Origin: a virus
Length of the DNA: 39,758 nt
UHGV virus genome: UHGV-0465656
Reading direction: 5' to 3' (one strand)
The position numbers and the translations under genes were made by a program. Numbering within the stretch: position 1 is the stretch's first letter; each line of letters opens with the position of its first letter. Positions 11,091 to 20,377 of this stretch are shown one piece after another. Under the pieces are notes generated by a model. The model made no database searches. It saw only the letters and a list, made by a program, of their open reading frames with translations, and had not been told where the DNA came from.

Positions 11091-13721
11091 ATGGCTAATT
11101 ACCGTGATTTGTTAGAGCAGGCTGGCGCACGTTACGGTGTGCCAGAAGGGTTGATGACTGCACTGGGTGCCAAGGAGTCTTCTTACAACCCTGCCGCAGT
11201 AAGCTCCGCCGGGGCTGTAGGATTGACTCAGGTCATGCCTGGGACATGGCGTGATATGGGTTATACCGATGAGCAAATGCAAAACCCCGAATATCAGGCT
11301 GACGCTGGCGCGCGCTATCTGGCAAAGATGTACCAGCAGTTTGGTAACTGGCGTGACGCTCTTCAGGCTTATCACGACGGTCCCGGCAACGTTATGAAGG
11401 CAAAGCGTGGTGAATATACGCCAGGACCTGAAGGCCGCGGTTACGTTGATGATCGCTTTGCTCAATGGGCGGGTGACCCGGTGACAGACTCAACAGTCGA
11501 ACAGCGCGCCACCTCTGCAAAGGTACATCCTCAGCAAGACCCTAACAACCCGTTTGCACAACTGGAAGTACAGTCATCCGAACAAGTATCGGCATCAGGT
11601 GTGCAGTCAGACCCAAATAATCCATTTGCTCAGATTGAGCAGCAGGCAGCCAGTCAGCAGCCACCTCAACCCGTAAGTTCTGTCGCACCGAAACCTGTTC
11701 AGCAACAAACAGTTAATCAGGCCAATAATGAACCAGCACGTGAAGAACCATCATTGATGCAACAAGCTGGCGATTGGCTCACAGGTGGTCAAAGTGCAGG
11801 GCAAATTGCAGAGCAGGCTGGTCGTGGTCTGGTAAACATACCATTCGACGTATTACAGGGCGGCGCAAGCCTGATTAATGCAATCAGTCAGGGGCTTGGT
11901 GGCCACAAGGTTTTGGATGATGTTTATCGCCCTGTCGATCGACCGACAGACCCTTACGCACAAGCCGGTGAAACAATTGGTGGGTATCTCCTGCCAATTG
12001 GCACAGCGGCAAAAGCTGCTGGAGCGACAGCAAAGCTCGCAGGAGACATCGGTTCCGCAGGAAACATGATTGCCGGTTCTCTTGCTGATGCTGCAAATCA
12101 GGAGGGTGATTTTGCACAAAATGCTGCCATTAACGGTGGTATCAATATTGGTGCTCAAGGCGTTATTTCAGGTGTCGGGCGCGTTATTGCGCCAAGGGTT
12201 TCACAGGCTCTTGGTGGTGCAGCACTGAATTCTGCTAATGATGTTTCCAGGATGGCAAAGTCAGGTGCTGGGCGTCAGTCAATTGCCAGTCAGGCCGCTA
12301 ATGTGTCCGAAGATGTAGCAAAAGCGGCTGAGTCTGCTGGAATTGATATAAACGCATTAACACCAGGAATGCGATCTGGAAGTCGTGGAATTGCACAAGC
12401 CGAAGGGATATTGGCATCCGAACCAGGAATTGTTCAGGATGCACATACTAGGGCTTTTAGTGAAATACAGTCGAAATTCCACTCAGCACTTGATGAACTT
12501 GGTGCTGAGGCTGGATCTGCATCAGAAAAAAGTGCAGCCATAAAACAAAGGGTTTTAGCAAGTATTGATAAAATGAAGAACTCAGAAAAGGCAGCATGGG
12601 ATAGCGTCCGCTCCACGATGCCTGACGCAAAGGCCAGAATGTCAAACCTGAACGCTACAATTCAGGGTGATATTTTGGCTGGCATGCCGCTAACTCCTGA
12701 GATGAAACAATTTGCATCTGCTTATGCTAAAACTGGTAAAAAAGGAATCACGTTTGATGCCATGAAGGCATGGCGAAGTAAACTTGCTGACGCTGAGCAG
12801 AAGTATATAAGGTCTGGTGAGGCAAATACGGCAAGGCGCATGGCGGAGCTTCGTGATGCAGCAACGGAAGATATGCGCATAATGGCTCAAAATGGCGGTT
12901 TTCTTGATGACTGGCAAAAAGCTAATGATCTATCAAAAGCAAGATTTACAGCACAAGAACAGGCTGAAGCAGCGTTTAGAAACCTTGCAACTGATCAGTT
13001 AGTCACTGATGGTATTAAAGCCTTGCAAAATTCATCAAAAAGTGGGACAGGAAAGTTTCATCAGATTATTGGCGCACTGCCAGAGTCTGAGCGATCTCCA
13101 GCAATTGCATCAATATTACAAGATGCGGTATCGCAAGGGGTGCGTGGCGGTAAATCAGAGTCTGCTGGCGTATTCCATATAGCGTCGATCCTTACGCCGC
13201 AGAACATTGCTGCCATTAGCAGGCACTCGCCAGAAATGGGTAAGATTGCTAGGGCATACAGCGACCTTGCCAGAGCAGCAACCAGACCACTGCGATATGT
13301 AGAGCATACGGGACGCTCTATACCGGCAATTAACTCTCTTGAGCAAGGACTGCCAAAAGCTGTCATGACAGTACTCAATGCAATAGGCAATTCAACATCA
13401 GGGGCTATTGTTGGTACCACTGGTGGAGGGATTGTTGGCGGTGTTGTGGGGGCTGTTTCTGGATCTATAGCTAAAGGGACGATAGAAAAGTTAGCTGCAT
13501 CCCGCAGTGGTCGTTACGCTATTGAAAAGGCTGTTCAAGAGGCAACAAAGGCAGTTAAGGTTGGGGCAAGTGATGGTGCATTAGCGGCGGCTGAACGCAG
13601 ATTTATGGCAAATAAGGCCGCCGTAAAAGCAATACGCGATGCAGTTGGAAACGAAGAGTTCCAGCGTTTGTCGAGGGCTGGGATTGTCGCCTCGTTAAGC
13701 GGTATGAATGAATATGAATAG
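11091..13721 (+). CDS. Ejection protein (gp16 position) with N-terminal lytic transglycosylase (SLT) domain; 876 aa
   Basis: N-terminal SLT signature [34 protein letters not shown]; DPNNPFAQ duplicated; internal AT-rich segment ~12300..13560. Confidence 0.75.
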   Translation: MANYRDLLEQAGARYGVPEGLMTALGAKESSYNPAAVSSAGAVGLTQVMPGTWRDMGYTDEQMQNPEYQADAGARYLAKMYQQFGNWRDALQAYHDGPGNVMKAKRGEYTPGPEGRGYVDDRFAQWAGDPVTDSTVEQRATSAKVHPQQDPNNPFAQLEVQSSEQVSASGVQSDPNNPFAQIEQQAASQQPPQPVSSVAPKPVQQQTVNQANNEPAREEPSLMQQAGDWLTGGQSAGQIAEQAGRGLVNIPFDVLQGGASLINAISQGLGGHKVLDDVYRPVDRPTDPYAQAGETIGGYLLPIGTAAKAAGATAKLAGDIGSAGNMIAGSLADAANQEGDFAQNAAINGGINIGAQGVISGVGRVIAPRVSQALGGAALNSANDVSRMAKSGAGRQSIASQAANVSEDVAKAAESAGIDINALTPGMRSGSRGIAQAEGILASEPGIVQDAHTRAFSEIQSKFHSALDELGAEAGSASEKSAAIKQRVLASIDKMKNSEKAAWDSVRSTMPDAKARMSNLNATIQGDILAGMPLTPEMKQFASAYAKTGKKGITFDAMKAWRSKLADAEQKYIRSGEANTARRMAELRDAATEDMRIMAQNGGFLDDWQKANDLSKARFTAQEQAEAAFRNLATDQLVTDGIKALQNSSKSGTGKFHQIIGALPESERSPAIASILQDAVSQGVRGGKSESAGVFHIASILTPQNIAAISRHSPEMGKIARAYSDLARAATRPLRYVEHTGRSIPAINSLEQGLPKAVMTVLNAIGNSTSGAIVGTTGGGIVGGVVGAVSGSIAKGTIEKLAASRSGRYAIEKAVQEATKAVKVGASDGALAAAERRFMANKAAVKAIRDAVGNEEFQRLSRAGIVASLSGMNEYE

Positions 13722-13723
13722 CT

Positions 13724-14209
13724 TTATCTAATGTTGCTGCTACTGTTGCATGTGACGGTGTTTCCAAATCCTGAATTGCAGTTTGTATATGTGTCAACGC
13801 GTGTTGGGTAAGGTTGAGTTATAACAGGCTGGCGCGCTTTTTGCTCGATCGCTTGCATTGTGTTTACAGCCTGATAATTCAATAAAGCCTGCTGGAATGC
13901 TTGGCTTTGCGCTATTTGTTGGGCTTGTTCTTGGCTTTGTAATTGAACATAAAGATTCTGAAGCTCAAGTCTTGCCTGTGCGTCACTTATCTTGCCTTCA
14001 TCGACACCTTGCCCGAGCATCTTCGCAGCAAGGACATACAGCTTAGGTGTTGGTGCTGATGCCATGCGTGAGTCGTTCTTCACGCTGGCATCAAGGCAAT
14101 TAGCCATATCACTAAGCTTTGGATAGCGTTGTTCGCAACTTGCTTGGTAGTCACTTACTTTTGCGCATCCAGCCAGCAGAAGCGGGATAATTAACAGTGA
14201 TTTTTTCAT
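13724..14209 (-). CDS. Lipoprotein (signal peptide + lipobox LLAGC), Q-rich coiled-coil, unknown function
   Basis: MKKSLLIIPLLLAGCAK..; last gene of the mnt operon; convergent with the ejection-protein gene stop 2 bp away. Confidence 0.7.
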   Translation of the reverse strand: MKKSLLIIPLLLAGCAKVSDYQASCEQRYPKLSDMANCLDASVKNDSRMASAPTPKLYVLAAKMLGQGVDEGKISDAQARLELQNLYVQLQSQEQAQQIAQSQAFQQALLNYQAVNTMQAIEQKARQPVITQPYPTRVDTYTNCNSGFGNTVTCNSSSNIR

Positions 14210-14213
14210 ATGG

Positions 14214-14459
14214 TTAACTCTCCTTAGTTTTGCTCATGATCCCATTCATGTCTTTTGGTAGATACTTATGAATTGGCCAATCCATGAACGCAAGTGCTAG
14301 CCACGCAACCACGTTGAATCCAGGGATTGTTAAACATACCGCCATCTTCCAGTCAAAACCAGCTTTCTTAGATATTTTTAAAGCAGGTATAAAAAAGATG
14401 AAAACGAAAAAAATCACCATAATAATCAATGATAATGGCGACCCTTGTTGTTGCTCCAT
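14214..14459 (-). CDS. Small membrane protein (two predicted TM helices), unknown function
   Basis: Hydrophobic stretches LSLIIMVIFFVFIFFIPAL and VVAWLALAFMDW; AT-rich; immediately follows mnt. Confidence 0.6.
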   Translation of the reverse strand: MEQQQGSPLSLIIMVIFFVFIFFIPALKISKKAGFDWKMAVCLTIPGFNVVAWLALAFMDWPIHKYLPKDMNGIMSKTKES

Positions 14460-14461
14460 GG

Positions 14462-14704
14462 TTATCCTCCATCTCTTACACGTTTTAACACATCAATAGC
14501 TACATCAAACGCCTCTTGCTCAGACTTTGTCAGGATTCGACTACTTGAAGGTATTAGCTGCCCTTTATGAATTTTTATCCATAGTTCGATAGCTGAAATA
14601 ATCTCTGCGTTTATCGAGCGGCGATTTGTTGCAGCAATATGCGTAAGTTGCTGTTTTATCTCATCAGGCATTCTTACGTTGAATTGTGGATCATTTCTAG
14701 CCAC
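14462..14704 (-). CDS. mnt: Mnt-like ribbon-helix-helix repressor (GTG start)
   Basis: (M)ARNDPQFNVRMPDEIKQQL..NRRSINAEII resembles recalled P22 Mnt; AGGAG 6 nt upstream of GTG. Confidence 0.8.
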   Translation of the reverse strand: MARNDPQFNVRMPDEIKQQLTHIAATNRRSINAEIISAIELWIKIHKGQLIPSSSRILTKSEQEAFDVAIDVLKRVRDGG

Positions 14705-14723
14705 GTCGTTCTCCTTTTGTTTG

Positions 14724-14766
14724 TTGACATGCTAGAACGGTAGTAGTACACTTTCAATAGTAGTAC
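14724..14766 (+). promoter_or_regulatory. Pant-like promoter (-35 TTGACA 14724..14729, 17-bp spacer, -10 TACACT 14747..14752) overlapped by two direct TAGTAGTAC repeats (14741..14749, 14758..14766)
   Basis: Divergent intergenic region between mnt and arc; repeats overlap -10 and start region. Confidence 0.55.
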
Positions 14767-14797
14767 GGTACTATCAACGAGTGAAATGGAGTTGAAT

Positions 14798-14956
14798 ATG
14801 CAAGGTGCAAGAAAAATGCCTCAGTTCAATTTGCGGTGGCCTAAAGAAGTATTGGATTTGGTGCGCAAGGTAGCTGAAGAGAACGGGCGATCTGTTAACT
14901 CTGAGATTTACAAGCGAGTGTTGGACAGCCTGAAGAGAGAAGGGATAACGGTATGA
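14798..14956 (+). CDS. arc: Arc repressor (52 aa)
   Basis: MQGARKMPQFNLRWPKEVLDLVRKVAEENGRSVNSEIYKRVLDSLKREGITV, near-identical to recalled P22 Arc; below ORF-track size cutoff. Confidence 0.9.
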   Translation: MQGARKMPQFNLRWPKEVLDLVRKVAEENGRSVNSEIYKRVLDSLKREGITV

Positions 14957-15174
14957 GGTTTATTGAGGTTGATGAGATTGGCTATGAGAATGCACTTGGT
15001 AGAGGTAAATCTTTAGTTAACATTGATGGCATTGAATCGATAAGGAGTGGTGAATTTACGGAGATCAGAATGATGTCAGGCGGAATCATTCCTTGCCGTG
15101 ACTCAGTAGAGTCAATCAAATCAAAAATGAGTGGTCAGTGGCTTTATAGCTACAGTGACTTACAAAAACAGTGA
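14953..15174 (+). CDS. Hypothetical protein (73 aa) between arc and ant
   Basis: ATGA overlap with arc stop; no recognisable motif. Confidence 0.4.
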   Translation: MRFIEVDEIGYENALGRGKSLVNIDGIESIRSGEFTEIRMMSGGIIPCRDSVESIKSKMSGQWLYSYSDLQKQ

Positions 15175-15204
15175 AGCCCCAACTGCGGTAACAGTCAGGG
15201 CTTC
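15173..15204 (-). terminator. Candidate terminator hairpin for an antisense (sar-like) RNA in the orf73-ant junction
   Basis: Stem GAAGCCC/GGGCTTC with inner ACTG/CAGT; on minus strand followed by ACUGUUUUUG. Confidence 0.3.
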
Positions 15205-15236
15205 GGTATCAACAAAACTTACGAGGTATTATTGAT

Positions 15237-16127
15237 ATGTCAAGCTTAGCAAAGTCAACTGTAAATTGCACTAATAGCATCATCATTTCCGACGTCAAGA
15301 TTCATATGGATTCAGAGGGGCGTTACTCGCTTAATGACCTTCATGTAGCGTCTGGGAAGGAGGAAAAACATCAGCCAGCTTTCTTCATGCGTAGAAATGA
15401 AACTATTGAATTGATTAATGAAATTTTTAATTCTGCGAATATGCAGAATAAGAATCCCGTCATTTCTAAGAAAGGTCGATATGGTGGAACCTATGTGTGC
15501 AAGGAGCTTGTTTACTCCTACGCCATGTGGATTAGCGCAGCATTTGCGCTGAAGGTTATCCGTGCATATGACGCAATGGTTACTGCCACACAGGAGAGGA
15601 AGACTATTGGCGGTAAAACTTCAGTAGCTGAACGCACACCGCTACGCGATGCAGTAAACATGCTGGTAGGAAAGAAAGGACTTCGCTATGACGATGCATA
15701 CAATATGGTTCATCAGCGTTTTGGTATTGACAGCATTGATGAACTTTCAATTGAACAAATCCCGCTGGCCGTAGAGTACATCCACAGGGTAGTGCTTGAA
15801 GGTGAGTTCATCGGCAAACAAGAGAAGAAAGCAAACGAGCTTTCTGCAAAAGAAGCAAACAGCCTTGTATGGTTATGGGATTATGCCAACCGTTCACAGG
15901 CATTATTCCGCGAACTGTATCCGGCGCTAAAACAAATTCAATCGAACTATTCCGGCAGATGCTACGACTACGGTCATGAATTCTCGTATGTTATCGGAAT
16001 GGCGAGAGACGTTTTAATCAATCACACACGAGATGTTGATATTAATGAGCCAGACGGACCAACGAATCTTTCCGCATGGATGAGACTTAAGAATAAAGAA
16101 TTACCTCCTTCAGTACATAACTACTGA
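15237..16127 (+). CDS. Antirepressor-like protein with KilA-N-type N-terminal domain
   Basis: Position after arc as P22 ant; 296 aa; N-terminal [33 protein letters not shown]. Confidence 0.6.
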   Translation: MSSLAKSTVNCTNSIIISDVKIHMDSEGRYSLNDLHVASGKEEKHQPAFFMRRNETIELINEIFNSANMQNKNPVISKKGRYGGTYVCKELVYSYAMWISAAFALKVIRAYDAMVTATQERKTIGGKTSVAERTPLRDAVNMLVGKKGLRYDDAYNMVHQRFGIDSIDELSIEQIPLAVEYIHRVVLEGEFIGKQEKKANELSAKEANSLVWLWDYANRSQALFRELYPALKQIQSNYSGRCYDYGHEFSYVIGMARDVLINHTRDVDINEPDGPTNLSAWMRLKNKELPPSVHNY

Positions 16128-16146
16128 CAGATAACCAACGCAACGA

Positions 16147-16170
16147 CCCAGCTTCGGCTGGGTTTTTTTA
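16147..16170 (+). terminator. Rho-independent terminator (CCCAGC-TTCG-GCTGGG + T7)
   Basis: Perfect stem, TTCG tetraloop, TTTTTTTA; downstream of ant-like gene. Confidence 0.8.
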
Positions 16171-16227
16171 TGCCCAAAATTCACCGTAGCCACGCTGCGG
16201 CGATTCCTTGCATCTGGAGCAAATTAA

Positions 16228-18144
16228 ATGACAGACATTACAGCTAATGTGATTGTATCGATGCCTTCGCAACTCTTCACTATGGCTCGTTCTTTTAAAG
16301 CCGTAGCCAATGGAAAAATTTATATCGGTAAAATTGACACTGACCCGGTAAATCCCGAAAACCAGATTCAGGTTTATGTGGAGAACGAAGACGGCTCTCA
16401 CGTTCCTGTTTCGCAACCAATCATCATTAACGCTGCTGGTTACCCGGTATATAACGGACAGATTGCTAAGTTCGTAACTGTGCAATGCCATTCTATGGCT
16501 GTTTATGATGCGTATGGATCGCAGCAGTTCTATTTCCCTAATGTGCTGAAGTATGACCCTGATCAACTTTCTTCGCGCTTATCATCTGATGATGGTGCTT
16601 CTTATATTTCATTTAAGAAGCCTTATGCTGATGCTGCAACCAGAAAAGCATCTGACTACTTTAATCAGGAAATTAATGTAGATGACTTTGGTGCGTATGG
16701 CGATGCCTACTTATTGAACGGAGAAGATAACCTAAGCAAGCATGACGACACACACGCATTTCAGGCCGCTCTGATTGCTGCGTGGCGTGCAGGTGGTGTT
16801 AAAGTAGTAGCCACTCCGTGGAAAAGCTATTACATCGCCGGTAAAGTTTATGTGTTGGCTTCAGAATCTCCATCTGACATTGAAGAAACTAATTTCCCTA
16901 ATCGTCGGGTGCAAGTGATCGATTTTCAGGGCGCTCGCATCGTAGGCCGCGACGATACTTCCGACGAAAATAACGTATTCATTGAGACTGGTTATATAGC
17001 TTCTAGTGGTGCTATATCTTCTGTATTTGGAAAGTCTGGTGAAGAGTATCTAACCATAGGAACAATAATTCGCAATGCCACACTGATTAATTTCTATCAG
17101 GGGTTACGTTTGCGGAATCATGTATTTGGATGCGAGGTTACAGATATTGTTGGAGTAAATGTCCAGCAGTTGGTTTACACTCAGCGCTGCTTTTACTCTT
17201 TATTTCGCAATCTTCAGTGCAATGGTACATATACTACTGGTCTGCATCGCTATCACTTTACTGATGAATGCAACATTCAGCCATTAGTATCGGTTCACAC
17301 AGGAGAGTGTGATGTAGGTTTTAAGTTTGAAGGTGCGGTAGAGGCACTTACGCTGTTCAACTGTGGTATTGAAAGTTTTCGTACTCACGGTGTTTGGATT
17401 GCAGGTGCATATAACATCAAGTTTGATTCATGCTACATAGAGTCAAACGAAAGCAATGTGTATGGGGTTATAGCAACGAGCGCAAATAACATTACGCTGG
17501 ATAACTGCTGGATTTACGGTAGCAGTATGAAAATGTTTGGTGCATTCGACGACAATACCAACGTAAGAATTATGCCTAATAACCGTATTGGAGGAGGGGC
17601 AGTTTGGTGGGACCTTAACGAAGGGTCTCCGTACAACCTTTCCGACATTCACTGGCAAACAGATATAAAACCAGGCGGTACAACACTACCTGCTGCATCC
17701 GCTAAAGAGGCCAGCACAGTAGACCAGACTATAGTTTTCTACCACCCGGATTTAGGACTTAGTTCAGTTGTAGGGAAAGCCAAACAGACCAGTAAATACC
17801 ACCCGCAGCTTGTTAACGGCAAAATGAGTAACGGTAGCTCTGCTGCACATACAGTTGGCGCAAGTGTCTCTACAGAGGTTTCAGGTTCAGACACTAGAGC
17901 AAAATGGACAACGCAAATACAATACTCTGATACACAGCTTATTTTTTTAGCATTGAAGATAGATCATAACTTGGGGACATGGTTTTGGTTAGGTGTTGTG
18001 GCAGGAGATAAAGCGATGGTTATTTCAACATCTGATGAATCAAAGACTCCGGTTATAAGTAATGAAAATGGGTTTGTCGTAGTAGAGAGTCCGCTTCTTA
18101 TGACGCCAATAAATGTTCATGGTGGAGAAATAAGATTGCTATAG
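16228..18144 (+). CDS. Tailspike protein: conserved P22-type head-binding domain (aa 1-~110) fused to a divergent receptor-binding domain
   Basis: N-terminus [60 protein letters not shown] matches recalled P22 gp9; remainder unlike P22 and AT-richer. Confidence 0.9.
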   Translation: MTDITANVIVSMPSQLFTMARSFKAVANGKIYIGKIDTDPVNPENQIQVYVENEDGSHVPVSQPIIINAAGYPVYNGQIAKFVTVQCHSMAVYDAYGSQQFYFPNVLKYDPDQLSSRLSSDDGASYISFKKPYADAATRKASDYFNQEINVDDFGAYGDAYLLNGEDNLSKHDDTHAFQAALIAAWRAGGVKVVATPWKSYYIAGKVYVLASESPSDIEETNFPNRRVQVIDFQGARIVGRDDTSDENNVFIETGYIASSGAISSVFGKSGEEYLTIGTIIRNATLINFYQGLRLRNHVFGCEVTDIVGVNVQQLVYTQRCFYSLFRNLQCNGTYTTGLHRYHFTDECNIQPLVSVHTGECDVGFKFEGAVEALTLFNCGIESFRTHGVWIAGAYNIKFDSCYIESNESNVYGVIATSANNITLDNCWIYGSSMKMFGAFDDNTNVRIMPNNRIGGGAVWWDLNEGSPYNLSDIHWQTDIKPGGTTLPAASAKEASTVDQTIVFYHPDLGLSSVVGKAKQTSKYHPQLVNGKMSNGSSAAHTVGASVSTEVSGSDTRAKWTTQIQYSDTQLIFLALKIDHNLGTWFWLGVVAGDKAMVISTSDESKTPVISNENGFVVVESPLLMTPINVHGGEIRLL

Positions 18145-18272
18145 TTGACAAAACTATCATCAAATTCTTAATCGATCGATGACTTACTGTGGTTGATGAG
18201 ACAAAACTGATGAACACAAAGCTTTGTACTGGACTGCAAGGCTTTGTGCTATTCGATAGTTGTTAAGGTCGC

Positions 18273-19430
18273 TCACTCTACCTTTTCATCAATCCAGTCC
18301 GCCCACCACTGCATCATTTCTCTGCGCTTATCTAGATACTGAGCATGGTTGTAAATCCCACGCACAGATCCGCCGTTGGCATGTGCCAGTTGCACTTCAA
18401 TAGCATCAGCAGGCCATTCGTGCTCGTTCATAATCGTGCTGAATTCATGCCTGAATCCGTGACCGCTTTCCAGACCTTCATAGCCGATTTGTTTGATCAC
18501 AAGCAATACCGCGTTCTCGCAGATTGGCTTCTTCTTATCGTTGCGCCCGGCAAAAACAAACTCTGATACTGGTTTAGTGATGGAGCTTAGCGTAGTGAGA
18601 AGTTCAACCACCTGGTCTGACATAGGAACAACATGAATCTTGCGTCCCTTCATCACACTGGCGTCGATAGTGATAATCCTGTTTTCAAAATCGACGTTCT
18701 TCCATTGCATGGAACGAAGCTCTTTCGTTCTTAGGGCTGTGTAGCGTAAAACTTTGGTCGCAATGAGCGATACGATGCTTCCTGAAAATGTTGCCAGTGC
18801 TTTGTTGAATGCAGGGATCTGGTCTGCTGGAAGAAACGGGAAGTTCTTCTTGCGGTATCCTTTCATGGCGTCTGCAAGGTCAGGTGCCGGGTTATATTTA
18901 GCCCTTCCGGTGACAATAGCGTAACGGAAAACCTCGCCGCATCTTCTGCGGGCTTTGTTGGCTCGCTCCATTGCACCGCGATCTTCAAATCTGCGGATTA
19001 CTTCCAACAGTTGCATCGGCTCAATATCCTGAATCTCAAGACCGCCGATGATGGGTAAAATGTCGTCATCAAACATTTTTGCAAGTTCATTTGCATAGCC
19101 TACTGACCAGACTTGCTTCTTGTGCTCGTACCATTCCTTGTAAATGGCGCTAAAGGAATTGTTGTTAGACGAAGCCTTTTTCGCTTTTACCGGATCGATG
19201 CCAACCGAGATATCTTTCCTCGCGGTCCATGCTTTATCCCTTGCCTCCTGCAAAGTCATAAGTGGATATTTTCCGACGGTCAGGATTTTCTCCTTACCGT
19301 CAATCTTGTAGCGAAGCTGCCATACCTTTTTCCCGGATACAGGGACATAAAGGTACAGGCCATTACCATCGAGAAGGCGGTATGGTTTTTCTTTCGGCTT
19401 TGCTGCTTCAATCTGCTTAACGGTGAGCAT
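18273..19430 (-). CDS. int: Tyrosine integrase, P4-type
   Basis: N-terminus MLTVKQIEAAKPKEKPYRLLDGNGLYLYVPVSGKKVWQLRYKIDGKEK typical of P4-family integrases; start at second in-frame ATG (19430). Confidence 0.85.
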   Translation of the reverse strand: MLTVKQIEAAKPKEKPYRLLDGNGLYLYVPVSGKKVWQLRYKIDGKEKILTVGKYPLMTLQEARDKAWTARKDISVGIDPVKAKKASSNNNSFSAIYKEWYEHKKQVWSVGYANELAKMFDDDILPIIGGLEIQDIEPMQLLEVIRRFEDRGAMERANKARRRCGEVFRYAIVTGRAKYNPAPDLADAMKGYRKKNFPFLPADQIPAFNKALATFSGSIVSLIATKVLRYTALRTKELRSMQWKNVDFENRIITIDASVMKGRKIHVVPMSDQVVELLTTLSSITKPVSEFVFAGRNDKKKPICENAVLLVIKQIGYEGLESGHGFRHEFSTIMNEHEWPADAIEVQLAHANGGSVRGIYNHAQYLDKRREMMQWWADWIDEKVE

Positions 19431-19475
19431 GGGTAAAAATCCGGTGGGTAAAATTATTTTATCCACTTTTTACCC
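19431..19475. repeat. Arm-type repeats GGGTAAAA (19431..19438, 19446..19453) and TTTTACCC (19468..19475); further TTTTACCC copies at 19666..19673 and 19678..19685
   Basis: Five copies of an 8-mer or its reverse complement flanking the candidate att core. Confidence 0.5.
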
Positions 19476-19591
19476 GTCATGGAGTGCGGCTGTCAACGAT
19501 CTGACGCGAACCATTACGAACTGTGAATCTACGGAAGGCTTGATATTCAGGGGATTTTGCGGACTGGTACGGATGGGAGCGAACTGATAAA

Positions 19592-19606
19592 TGGTGTCCC
19601 CTGCAG
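19592..19606 (-). other. Candidate attP core: reverse complement CTGCAGGGGACACCA, matching the 3'-terminal 15 nt of tRNA-Arg (argW) as recalled
   Basis: Exact 15-mer in int-xis intergenic region flanked by arm-type repeats; argW sequence is from memory. Confidence 0.6.
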
Positions 19607-19679
19607 ACATCTACTTGAAGCGGCAGGGGATTGATTGGAATGGTGTTTTTTAGATGTGAGAAATATTTTACCCGCTATT

Positions 19680-19880
19680 TTACCCATTGGCGCGGCTTAA
19701 GAGCTTATTTTTGAATTCACAATGGTCACGATATAACCATCTTGCTCGCCCGTGGATAACTTTGGCTTTTGGCAGGTCGCCGGACTTAATCCTGTCATAG
19801 ATGAAGGTTTTACCGAAGCCAGTATCAGCCATGATGAATTTCAAATCAACCAGTGAATCAGGTTGTAGTTCGTGTTGCAT
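19680..19880 (-). CDS. xis: Excisionase / AlpA-family DNA-binding protein
   Basis: ..MADTGFGKTFIYDRIKSGDLPKAKVIHGRARW.. AlpA-like helix-turn-helix; upstream of int on same strand; GGAGA ahead of ATG. Confidence 0.7.
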   Translation of the reverse strand: MQHELQPDSLVDLKFIMADTGFGKTFIYDRIKSGDLPKAKVIHGRARWLYRDHCEFKNKLLSRANG

Positions 19881-19899
19881 GAGTGCTATCTCCGAATAG

Positions 19900-19915
19900 G
19901 GAATCGAACCTGCAA
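19900..19915 (-). other. tRNA-like T-arm fragment: reverse complement TTGCAGGTTCGATTCC
   Basis: 16-mer with canonical GGTTCGATTCC T-loop, immediately upstream of xis; not a complete tRNA. Confidence 0.5.
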
Positions 19916-19922
19916 ATCAGGT

Positions 19923-19945
19923 AATAAAAAACCGCCATCAGGCGG
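19923..19945 (-). terminator. Rho-independent terminator on minus strand (stem CCGCC/GGCGG, then U-run)
   Basis: Plus strand shows A6 then CCGCC-ATCA-GGCGG; stop codon of the small ORF lies in the loop. Confidence 0.65.
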
Positions 19946-20105
19946 CTTGGTGTTCTTTCAGTTCTTCAATTCGAATATTGGTTACGTCTGCATGTGCTAT
20001 CTGTGCCCATATCATCCAGTGGTCATAGCAGTCGTTGATGTCCTCTGCTTCGATAACTCTGTTGAATGGTTCTCCATTCCATTCTCCTGTGACTCGGAAG
20101 TGCAT
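19938..20105 (-). CDS. Small hypothetical protein (55 aa)
   Basis: Reverse-complement translation MHFRVTGEWNGEPFNRVIEAEDINDCYDHWMIWAQIAHADVTNIRIEELKEHQAA; below ORF-track cutoff. Confidence 0.4.
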   Translation of the reverse strand: MHFRVTGEWNGEPFNRVIEAEDINDCYDHWMIWAQIAHADVTNIRIEELKEHQAA

Positions 20106-20185
20106 TTATCATCTCCATAAAACAAAACTCGCCGTAGCGAGTTCAGATAAAAGAAATCCATCAATTGGTTAGGGTTTTTGTAATT

Positions 20186-20377
20186 CTACGAATTATGTTG
20201 TTTTTTAGCTTCATCTTTCCATTCATCAAAGGCAGTGTCTTTGTTCATGGTGCTGATATTGATCTTACGGTCAATATCATATACACGCCACTCACCGTTA
20301 GGCCTCTCTTCGCATCTAACTAAGTATGAATTGCCATTAATATCTATGCGTCTGTCTATTTGCATGAACATTTTCAA
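20186..20377 (-). CDS. Hypothetical protein (63 aa), AT-rich
   Basis: ORF track; no motif recognised. Confidence 0.4.
   Translation of the reverse strand: MKMFMQIDRRIDINGNSYLVRCEERPNGEWRVYDIDRKINISTMNKDTAFDEWKDEAKKQHNS

Noticed and set aside
19431-19466. Integrase start at the upstream ATG (19466) giving MDKIILPTGFLPM extension
   Set aside because: The extension would be encoded by the GGGTAAAA arm-type repeats; the downstream ATG at 19430 gives the typical P4-family N-terminus MLTVKQ.
19880-19925. Possible complete tRNA gene
   Set aside because: Only a 16-nt T-arm-like segment is present; no acceptor or anticodon stem can be folded. The 15-nt segment at 19592..19606 is likewise only a tRNA 3' end.
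19872-20120. Plus-strand ORF of 82 aa
   Set aside because: Antisense to the small minus-strand ORF, its terminator and the tRNA-like fragment; no ribosome-binding site; shadow ORF.
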